A stretch of 64,000 nt of DNA from Octopus sinensis. Its lineage: Eukaryota. Position numbers and translations under genes: made by a program. The notes under the pieces are model-generated. The model was not told where the DNA came from, ran no database searches, and saw only the letters and a list, made by a program, of their open reading frames with translations. This document shows, one piece after another, positions 13,130 through 23,547 of the stretch (within the stretch, counting starts at the first letter, position 1; the number at the start of each line of letters is the position of its first letter). The stretch spans positions 82,832,001 through 82,896,000 of the forward strand of contig NC_043004.1 of the NCBI RefSeq assembly GCF_006345805.1. The letters run 5' to 3'.

Positions 13130-14230
13130 ACGTATATATATAGAAGATACAAATATTACAGGCATTCCCCCCCACACACATACACACTAACTAAACATAG
13201 ACGCACATATAGATATTCGCAAGCGCAAATGAATACACATACAATAGAAATACAAAATGACTGAAGGTTAATAAGGAGAGACACAAATAAGAAAGAAGAA
13301 AGCAAAGGACCACTGATGCGGTCACAGGAGTGTGGCGAAAGAACTCTGGCCGAAAGAAAATTAAGCTTAATGTAAAAAATAAATAAAACTGAAGCAAAGT
13401 AACACCAAATATATAGTGCGTGTGTTTTTATTGGCTAAACTGGCAAAATGACCATTCCTAAATACAACAATATCTGTTTCAACACATGAATTCACATAAA
13501 AAATCTTGCACGACAAATATATAAACGTAATAACGTGAGCCATAGCCAGGCTCACAAGAAGCTGAAGGACACTATATTCTGTTGCCTACGAAAAACTGTG
13601 ACAACTCAACAGTTTCAATTTATAAAACAATCTGTCTCGTCCAAAATATCTATCAACAAAGTAACAGCCAACGTTGAACGGCTTGATCTCACCAAAGGAC
13701 AGACTGAAAAGCTAAAAAGGACGCTGATGGTAAATATTAAAATCAAAATATACAGAGAGCTAAGCGAGCAAGAAAAGCGTAAACGTATATTTAAAAAAAA
13801 ATTAAAAACATCACCACACGAAAAGAGAAAACGTCACTTATGGATATAATATATGAAGAATAGAGACACGTAATACACCAGTGCAATATCCATTTTAAAA
13901 AGAAATTGTCGTGGTTAAAACATAAACATCATTATAATCTCGCAAAAGAAGAAAAACAGAAGTATCCAGATACAATAAACGGAATTATTATGGAAGATGT
14001 CCCACTACCAGCAGAATTCAATAAGGAGAATGAAGCGAACATCTATGGGGGAATAACAAAGGTCCCAGATGAAATATCGATACTTCAACTACCACCAAAA
14101 TATGCAATATATAGTAAGGTGAATACCATCCAATGCCTGTCCGAGATTGAAAAGTCGTTCACAAAAATGCGTTGGAATTTAAATAGGTACAATGACAACA
14201 ACATTAAATATTGTATTTATAGACTGTAAT
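13130..14230 (+). mobile_element. Penelope-like element remnant: pLTR-like segment with hammerhead-like motif plus decayed N-terminal ORF
   Basis: 13130-13460 recurs inverted at ~49270-49640. ORF pieces 13535-13849 and 13906-14229 (LQLPPKYAIY...EIEKSFTKMRW) resemble PLE N-termini. Confidence 0.5.
13307..13351 (+). ncRNA. Hammerhead-ribozyme-like motif, variant core CUGAUGC
   Basis: GGACCA-CTGATGC-G-GTCACA-GGAG-TGTGGC-GAAA-G-AA-CTC-TGGCC: stems I and II plus core recognisable; second copy at 49387-49431 (-). Confidence 0.45.
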
Positions 14231-14564
14231 AGATTAATTACTACAGATTAACGTACTTCGATGTTAATCGGATTGATTCTTCTGATATCGAATTAGTGAT
14301 TTACTCCAGGGTATGTTGTATGGTGTATATAAATTATGATCGGAATACATGCGCAATGACAAATAAGGTTGGTAAGGACAGTATTTCTTTCCCCGTTGAT
14401 TGTTAGGTTTTATCCTGAGAAATATAAACATAACAGAATTTAATGGAAAATTAAATCGAGTAACCCATTGAAAGTATATGTAGATTGCGTGATTAATCTT
14501 ACAGATCTTGGAAGTTGACATAAAAATATGTTACAAGAAGTACGAAATTAGGAAAAAGAAAAGA

Positions 14565-14672
14565 ATGAATGGAAAAGTAACACAGTTCTGTAAAATCTTA
14601 GAATTTTATCAAAAATGTAATTTTACGAAAGCACATATAAATATTACGGAGATGTACTTGCATAGCAAGTGA
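14565..14672 (+). pseudogene. GRL-C: 35-codon 5' remnant of another GR-like paralogue
   Basis: MNGKVTQFCKILEFYQKCNFTKAHINIT matches the GRL-D start MKLKETQFFKLLEFYQKYDDFSKSCMNIS; not in the ORF track (<60 aa). Confidence 0.75.
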
Positions 14673-15266
14673 CCTGATCTGAGAATGTGTGCTGGAACAA
14701 AAACAATTGCAGCGTGAAAGGTGTTTATAAGCCATTTGAGAAACACACAAAAACTATTAGATTCACTTCAGCATTTAAATTTAATTTGTCAAAATATTTT
14801 CGCCGCTATGAGACCGCGACTTGTTCACTGACAAAATTCCGTGCTACATATAAATATATTCTCGCTGAAAATACGTGATATTAAAAAAAAAACTTGTTTG
14901 CAAACGTTTCATATATTACTCTCTAGATATTTAATTACAAACCCTATTCGCCTATGTATTTGTTTGATGGAATAGGAAAATTTAAGCACCGGTCGTGTAT
15001 TTACATATTTATATATAATTACTTTTAGGTGTTTCATTGCCATGGCTTGTTTTAAATTCTTCAGAAATTCTGGAAACAGTTGATATATTCATATATGCAC
15101 TTATATATATTTTTACTCACCAATGTTGTTTACATCTGAAGAAGAGCGTAGGCTCAAAAAGTTAAAGACTTCTTCACTTCCCGAGCGTTATACTAATACA
15201 TATGTTTGTTGTCTACACCACCTGTCTTCGTCTTCTGTTTCTTTTTGTGAATTCTCTCCCTAAGAT

Positions 15267-15325
<59 letters not shown>

Positions 15326-15364
15326 TGTATGTATTATGTATGTATGTATATATGTATGTATATA

Positions 15365-16055
15365 TACTTCGCATGAACTTGATCGAAGTTCATGCGGTCA
15401 GACAACGTACCAACAGGTCGAATGGTGATCGGCAGTGAAGAAATAGAAGAGGTAAAGGAATATGTATACCTGGGACAGGTAGTGAATAAGTGCCGAGATA
15501 ACGAAAAGATCTCACGAAGAGTAAGGGCCGGATGGAAGGCGTTTACTGGCATAAGGGATGTGCTCAATTGAAGGTTGGACAGGACCACCCGCGCCAACCT
15601 CATCAATAGCACAGTTCTACCTGCAATGTTATATGGTAGTGAAGCATGGGCTCCAACAAATAGAGTAGAACAGAGATTGGTAACGGGTCAAAGAGCCATG
15701 GAGAGGTCAATGCTTGGTATCTCGTTGACAGAGTACATCAGTAGCGAGGTCATCAGAGAGAAGTCCGGCGTTTGGGATGTCATTGCAGAATATACACGCA
15801 GCAAGTTTAGATGGGCTGGACACGTCACCCAGCTGACCGATAATCGGTGGACCCGTGCATTTATCGAGTGATACCCGCGCGAGCAGAAACGACCACTCGG
15901 AAGGCCTCCACGACGGTGGAATTACGATCTCAGGTGTGCGATTGGGATCAAATGGATGAGTAAGGAACGATCCAGAGAGGAGTGGACAGTGTGATTACAC
16001 GAGCGGTGTCAAATGGACGCCCGACGGACTGGTCAGTCAAGGTGATCAAGGTGAT
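15365..16055 (+). mobile_element. 3' fragment of an RTE-clade LINE
   Basis: MLYGSEAW...RAMERSMLG...FRWAGHV...RW motifs (ORF 15575-15871); short tandem tail gtcaaggtgatcaaggtgat. Confidence 0.8.
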
Positions 16056-16088
16056 ATATATATATATATATATATATAATATAATATA

Positions 16089-16128
<40 letters not shown>

Positions 16129-16161
16129 ATAATATATATGTTTATATATGTATATATATAA

Positions 16162-16247
<86 letters not shown>

Positions 16248-17861
16248 ATATATATATATATATATATGAATAAAAAATGGAGTTAACGCAGGTGTAAACA
16301 AATATTTTTACTTTCGACACATGTTTCGGAAATTCCACTGATACTATTCAAAAGAATAAATGGTATAAACAATGCAATCTTCTCTTATTATGTTTGTCCG
16401 GGCAGCACGGTGAAATATAAACTGTCAGAATTGAATTAATAAACTAATAATTACAGATACAACACAATCTATGTGTGTGTTTGTGTTGAGTATATGCTTA
16501 GTATTATGCGTTTTATTGCTAAGTGCTTTCTGCTACGTCTTTCAATTTATGTATATGGATATATTATGCATTAGACATACAAGTTTCTTTCTGTACTTAC
16601 ATAAGTGCGACATATTGCAAGGGTTTTGCATTGTCTTATGTAGTGTATGCATATGAGAATAATAACACTTCAAAGTGAATATATAATATGAATGCATTTA
16701 GTTGGATACATATTAAAATATGCATAAAACACGATCCCAGTTCATGTCTTAACATGTCAATTGCTATATAAAACTCTTTATTTCGAATTAACACACAAGG
16801 ACACTTAGGTAATAAGTTAACATTTTCTATATGCAAAGGAAACGAAGAAATCGGATTACACACACAAACATTCATTCAAATAAACATAGATATGCACACA
16901 CATGCACGCCTATGTATTTAAAGAGAACATTAAATATATTTATGAGCGTCTATGTATACATGAATTTACGCTATCGACAGACAATTTCAAATTAATACGT
17001 GTATATATACATTTGTGTGTGTGTGTGCCTGAGCGTGTGTGTGTGTTTGTGTGTGTATGCATACATACACACATAAACAAACATGCATACATGCATATAT
17101 GTATTTTATATATTATATATCAGAGGAAAAATCGAAAGCCAATAATATAGATTGATTTCAAGTGGGTTAAGTGAATTTCAAGTCTTACAGCCGTTTCTGG
17201 GATACTCAAGTGTTAGGTTAGCGTCTCCTCACGATAATTCCGTTCTCAGAGACAAGGTATGAATATTTTAAACAGGGAAAATTCACAGTTTACAAAGAAT
17301 AAAATTCACAGTTTATTAGGGATAAAGCACAAGAATGAAGAGTAAACGTAGTTAGATGAATATAGGGAGAGTAATGTTCACAAATCTATAAACTCTGGAA
17401 TAATATGAGTTGTGAACGTTATTCTCCTATCTATATTCTTCTGACGACAACTATTCTTTAACTTTTTATTATTCCTTTATTCTTCTATTTTGTCCTTATA
17501 AACTGTAAATTGTCCCTGTCTAAAATATCCATAGCTTGTCTCTGATGACGGAATGCCCGACGTGTGGTTACTTCAGAAAAGGATGTAAGACTTAAAATTC
17601 ACCTTATCCAAATCGAATTATTGTAATGAATTGAGATACTCGGTCTGCCTTGTTGTTTGATTTTTCCTCAAATATAATATATGCTTGCCATAACGAAATC
17701 CAAATACGGATCTAGCCTTAGCTGTGATTTTGAAACCTAGCGGTCGACCAGCTATGGCCCTTACTCAGCGTACATTTTCGTTTAAATGACAAGTGAATTA
17801 ACGAAGACAACAATGCACGGACCCCATTACATTAGATATTTTGACTATAAATTCTAAGAAA

Positions 17862-17954
<93 letters not shown>

Positions 17955-18385
17955 GTATAGGAAAGAATGGAGCTGAACGAAGATTTAACAAAATTCCTTT
18001 ATTTTATTTTCGACATATGTTTCGATATGTCGAAAATAAAAAAAAGGAATTTTCTTAAATCTTCGTTCAGCACCATTCTTTCCTATACTTAATATATAAA
18101 CTTCAAATTTCCGCACTAAGGCACGGATTTTATGCCCTATGGTCGTAACTTCAACCGTGCCCTTTCTGTTGTGAATTTTGCTACCCAGGTATCGGTTATC
18201 TTTCGAATTATCCGTAATAAGATAATTCATTTGTCTACTTATATATATATATATATTTTTTTTTTTCTTTGTACTTGTTTCAGTCATTTGACTGCGGCCA
18301 TGCTGGAGCACCGCCTTTTAGAGTGGTGAAAGAGTACAGCAGGGATCACCACCTCCTGCCGGAGCCTCGTGGAGCTTTTAGGTGT

Positions 18386-18483
18386 TTTTCGCTCAATAAA
18401 CACACACAACGCCCGGTCTGGGAATCGAAACCGCGATCCTCCGACCGCAAGTCCGCTGCCCTAACCACTCGGCCATTGCGCCT

Positions 18484-18523
<40 letters not shown>

Positions 18524-18617
18524 AGGCGCAATGGCCGAGTGGTTAGGGCAGCGGACTTGCGGTCGGAGGATCGCGGTTTCGATTCCCAGACCGGGCGTTG
18601 TGTGTGTTTATTGAGCG

Positions 18618-18621
<4 letters not shown>
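18386..18621. repeat. 236-bp perfect palindrome: two head-to-head tRNA-derived SINE heads around (TA)17
   Basis: 18386-18486 is the exact reverse complement of 18521-18621; the head carries A-box TGGCCGAGTGG and B-box GGTTTCGATTCC. Confidence 0.85.
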
Positions 18622-18654
<33 letters not shown>

Positions 18655-18826
18655 ATTTCAGTCAACATATCCCCGTCTAAGATTCACACACTTATTGCAG
18701 CGGTCCTTCAGGTTTTCTAACTCCCTGTACAATAATTCTGAATGTTGGACATCTAGCTAGGCCTTTCGTGTTTCCCTTCAAAGCAGAATCTTTTCAGCGC
18801 CCCTCGTACACACACAGAGACACACA

Positions 18827-18898
<72 letters not shown>

Positions 18899-19597
18899 TC
18901 TGCAATCAGTTATGAAACCTGGGCGATATGTATTGTTTGGCGAATATCAGTTTCTTTAGGGATGATAATTAAAATATCAATAGCAGTATATTAATACTAA
19001 ATTATAGTTTAGTACCGTAAAATATCGTTATATATTAAGATATCAATCGAGCATTGATGCGAGTGTTTTAAAACACCATGTTTTGTTTGAAATAGATATC
19101 TGTTTGTGGACGGGGAGGAGGCGGAAATACTGTAACTGAATCAATCAATGGAAGTTAAGTTAACCTCCGCTACTAACGGTGTTACAGTGTCATCTTCCTT
19201 TCTATACTACGACATAACTACGTTGCAGGAAATGCACCAGTACTCACTACATACAGTGACAACAAAGCGTTTAAGTGAGCGCAAAGATTATATGTTTTAT
19301 TCAGATAAAAAGCGAGGAAACACGCATAATTAAACAAAAGTAAAGTATTATTTCGAATACCCTAACAAGGACAATGCATGGATGCCATTACATTAGGTTT
19401 TTTTCTTATGTGGAATTCATAGACTGCCTTGGATATTAATCAAAGTTACACCATAATGCAATATTTGAAGTTGATGTTATGAAAGTGCGTATAACATTTA
19501 TTAGTAAAGGGATGCATGGTAGTTCCGTTGTTTAAATTATAATACACTGCCCAAGTATTATTAGATAGATAGATTGACAATTCAACTCGCAAAGAAA

Positions 19598-19604
19598 TAT
19601 AAAA
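19598..19604 (+). promoter_or_regulatory. Putative TATA box of GRL-D
   Basis: TATAAAA 81 nt upstream of the ATG, followed by GCTTACTTCAATT...AAGATTT as in the GRL-B upstream region. Confidence 0.5.
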
Positions 19605-19678
19605 TTACATCGCTTACTTCAATTGCTTAAAAGATTTTTGCATAAGCCCACTGTGAAGGAGACAAAGTTCGAAGAATC

Positions 19679-20632
19679 ATGAAACTAAAAGAAACTCAGT
19701 TCTTTAAACTGCTAGAATTTTATCAGAAATATGATGATTTTAGCAAATCGTGTATGAATATTTCATCATTGAAATCACCAAAGTTTAAAACAGTTTGTTT
19801 ACAAGCATTTTATGTTTTGTTATTTATATATGTGATTTTAAACCCCATCCGTATCATGGTTGCTTTAGCTCAATATGAAATCGGTAAAAACTTTCGTATA
19901 TTTACGTATATTTTGATGCTGGTTTACAGAATTATTATTCCTGTTTTTACTTTTTTGAAGCTCTTCGGAAATTCAAAACTCAAACAACTGATTGAAACAA
20001 TGGCCGAAATCAAACTTGAAGATGAGGGTAGAAAATGCTGCAGCATTAACTTCATATATTCATCTGTGATATTTTCGGCACTTATATGCATGATATCCAT
20101 TTGTATTATATTTTTAGATTGCATTTGGCCGTATTTAGATAACGATTTCATGAGGTTCCTAACATTTCCTCTATCTGCGAATAATATATCTAAAGTACCG
20201 CTTGTAGCAATACATGCTGCATTTCATTATTTTCTACTTGTCTTTATGATAATTGATCTGTACGTAGACCTGGTAGCCGCATTTACACTTAGTTGTGAGT
20301 TCAACAAATTAGCGAGCAAATTTGAGCTATACGTAACGGAAAAGCGATACGACCATTCGGAATTCACCGAGAAGCATAAAGATATTACAGAAATATGTAA
20401 CGCTCATGATGTTCTGACCAGGATACTGAAAATTATAAATGAATCTTTACAACTATCATCAGGATTTGTCGTAACTGCTTCCATTTGTGGCAGCTGCATT
20501 GCAACTTACGGAATAATAAATTACTCGTTAAAATTAAGCTTTTATCCGTTTCTATATTTATCAGCGGCGGTACCTAACCATTTTTTCTTTACAGTTTTAA
20601 TATTTTGGTGTGGAATTCGCTTAAATAGATCG
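19679..20632 (+). CDS. GRL-D exon 1 (318 aa, TM1-TM6) of a complete GR-like 7TM ion-channel-type chemoreceptor
   Basis: Six hydrophobic segments; GR-type H..L..(I/L)L...N motif (HDVLTRILKIINESLQ); phase-0 donor TCG|GTGAGT at 20632/20633. Confidence 0.9.
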
Positions 20633-21299
20633 GTGAGTTTGTTTTGCGATATTTCTGAATAATCCAAACTTCATTACATATTTTATGTTTTTGTTGCACA
20701 AGACCGTATGTTGTGACCATGTTACATCATAGACATTGGTGTGGCTAAGCTTTCACTGATTCTGCGTTTGTAGTTGACATTTGGCGGATGAGGAAATACG
20801 AAGTTGATACCACAACTTTATATCGTATGGAATTCTAAATAGTACACGATCTGTTTACTTTATGTTAACATCTACATTCACACTACTTGCGTCACTCATA
20901 AATTTCAGATAAAATATTGACAATCTGTGGGATTCCGAACGCAAAGCCATTACGGTACCTGGTTTTAATTCTAATGTTTGGCGCTATACAAAGGCACTCC
21001 GTTCGGAGATTACTACCGCTTTGTGGTACATGTCATTCCAGGATCAATCACAAGTATATTCTGCATTTCACTATATTGAAGAGAGTCGTAATAATTTTCG
21101 TCATTTCTCAGTATCGGATTTATTCTTCGAGTCAACGTCGGATTGATGCAATAGCATCATAATCGACTGCAAGTTGGCAGGTTCGATTGATACCAGTTAT
21201 ATATAAATGCAGATATGAATAGCATATGGGAACCGGTATTAAGGAAGGATAGGAAAATATTAGATTTATAAGCCCTAAAATTCACTCCATAATTGAACA

Positions 21300-21360
21300 C
21301 GGGCATATGGCGTAGTGGGTAAGAGCGCGGGCTACTAACCCCAAGATACCGAGTTCGAAT
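21300..21360 (+). mobile_element. tRNA-derived SINE head fragment
   Basis: GGCGTAGTGGGTAAGAGCG...ACCGAGTTCGAAT with A/B-box-like motifs; lacks the acceptor stem of a real tRNA. Confidence 0.55.
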
Positions 21361-21471
21361 AATAATAATAATAATAATAATAATGATGACGTTGATGATG
21401 ATGATGATAATAATAATAACAACATCGAAAAATACCTTAGGAATGAGAAACCAGGTTTGAAATTTCCTCAA

Positions 21472-21517
21472 GACACCTGATGAAGGCCGGAGGGTATATC
21501 TGCCGAAACGTTGTGTT
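21472..21517 (+). ncRNA. Minimal type-I hammerhead ribozyme motif (Penelope pLTR type) in GRL-D intron 1
   Basis: GACAC-CTGATGA-A-GGC...GCC-GAAA-CGT-T-GTGTT: stem I GACAC/GTGTT, palindromic ACGT stem III, GUU cleavage triplet. Confidence 0.55.
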
Positions 21518-21749
21518 AACAACAAACAAGATGAGGACAAATATCCGTCAAATTTAACTAATGTACATAATTTCTAATTTCTTAAATATAGAATTGTATA
21601 CTCACTAAGTCTAAATCCCGCTGAGTCATTTTTGACTTTCATCTTTACCGGAATCGATTAAATAAAGTACCAGTTGCATACTGATGTCCTTCGAATCGAT
21701 TAAACACTCTTACCAAAATGTCCGTTAGTGTGACTATGTACTAAACATT

Positions 21750-23330
21750 ATGTTAGTATTTCTGTTTTGCTTGTTGAATTGTTTTTCGATTTTAACCAGT
21801 CCTTGATAGTGTCCGTTAACATATGAATGATTTCTTTGGAGGAAATTGATATCTTCTCAATCAGTACTTCGCTATTTCTAACTAATTGGAATGCTGAAGG
21901 GGTTACCAAAGCCAATCTACACGACAAAATGTAGCTGATTGTGGGGAAGGGACTGGTAAATGATTTATCAGGTGAGAGGAAAAGCAGAATTTGGGCCAAG
22001 GATGGAAACAAACGTAATAAATACTGCTAATGATGTGCCTTGCCACTCCGATGTTAACCAAGAAAAGTCAGTGAGACTGCAGATCGGAATTCGGAGAGGT
22101 AAGTCCACGCCGACCAGTAACGTTGTGGGACGCTGGTCGGAGGAACTGGTTAAATTCCAAGGGCTTTGGTTTGGTCTGGAGCTCCAGATTGAGAAGAAGT
22201 GGGGTGAAGTGAAGGGTAAAAGGATCAATCTCACACAGAAATCGACTGAGAGAAAGCTCTCTCTGAAAGGTCGTACAAAGGTAGAGAATGCTTACATCAC
22301 CTCCGTTATATATGACCCGCAACCATCGTGCATTGTCCCAATTTACGTCTGACCAAACTGGTGCGCGTACTCTTCCCCTTTCTCTGGAAGGGATGAGTTT
22401 AAATTCCCAGGTGCCCCATTTGCTGTCAACACCTAATGTATGGATGGATGGGCATTCCGTAGCTGCTAATGCACAGATATACACTGAGGTTACGATATCT
22501 CCAGTGCTTCCTTCACGATAAGCAAGCGTGGTCTCACTTGACAGGGGATTTTCTATAGTTCGTCTCATTATCCGTGCTGCAGTCCTTCATCAAGCGTAAA
22601 CCGAGGCAGGACATTTAGTATCTAGGTGCTCACAATCATCTGACAGTTGAGCAATGTGGAATTTTGACTCAAGCGTTCTATAGAAGATTAGTGGCGGGTA
22701 AGTGCGACGTTGCTCTCGAGGACACACTGGATATCGATGAGAATGAGCAGAGTGGTCTGTTCTGGAAAACTTATTGGCAGTGGCCTCCTAATCATTTCCA
22801 GAAATATTGGTTTGCCAGTTCTAGCTTTAGCAATCGCGGCTCCAGGTAAACTTTACCACCAACCGGGCTTGCCAGAAATGCGCACAGAACGGCAACAGTC
22901 TTACACGCCCTCATCCAGTGCCCGAGTGTTGCTGACCGGTAATCTTACGTCGAATACTTGCCATCGCGGGTGGAGCGGATCCGACTATCTGTTGTGTCCA
23001 TCGTGCAGTGAAAATAGTTACACTGCCTTCCTTTGGCCGGGAAAGTTAGGTGCTGTTTCTTTGTATTGTGGCCATAGCGAAAGAGGACGAGTGGTGAAAC
23101 AGGTATAAAAGCCTGAAGATACAGAATTTCCTCTTTGGTCAAGCCTCCTATCATCTTGGAAAAGAAATTAAGGGTAGGGAGCGTAATGCTGCTTCCCAGC
23201 TATTTCCTTAAGATGTAGCGCGAATGGCCCGATTTACTCTAAGCATGCGCCACTAGCTTCAGACAGATGAAGATGAGCGGACACTTGCCGGAGCGGGAAG
23301 CGTGATCGTAGCTTGTAGGGTTTCTACAAG
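21750..23330 (+). mobile_element. Decayed L1/Tx1-like LINE fragment (RT C-terminal region)
   Basis: Broken ORFs with GLWFG...W..V..K...W..RKLSLKGR..V.N.YI.SV.Y motif (21960-22352). Confidence 0.6.
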
Positions 23331-23492
23331 CAGCTCTTGGAAATCTCCGTCTTTTAGATACTTTACTTGTTAGAATTTTCATTACTTTTTATTTACACTT
23401 TTCAATTCTACTGCATTGTCCTGTACCGTCCCCAATCTTTTTATATGATCCTTTACTGGTTAATAGTGAAAAGATCATCATTATCATTATTA

Positions 23493-23546
<54 letters not shown>

Positions 23547-23547
<1 letters not shown>

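Noticed and set aside
18521-18600. tRNA-like sequences (also 21300-21360, 42720-42790, 63330-63405)
   Set aside because: SINE heads: they continue into shared repeat bodies and lack a complete cloverleaf.
20633-20662. ORF-track ends of the GRL ORFs (20662, 43616, 63513) as true stop codons
   Set aside because: They are read-through into introns; strong donors sit at a homologous position in all three genes.
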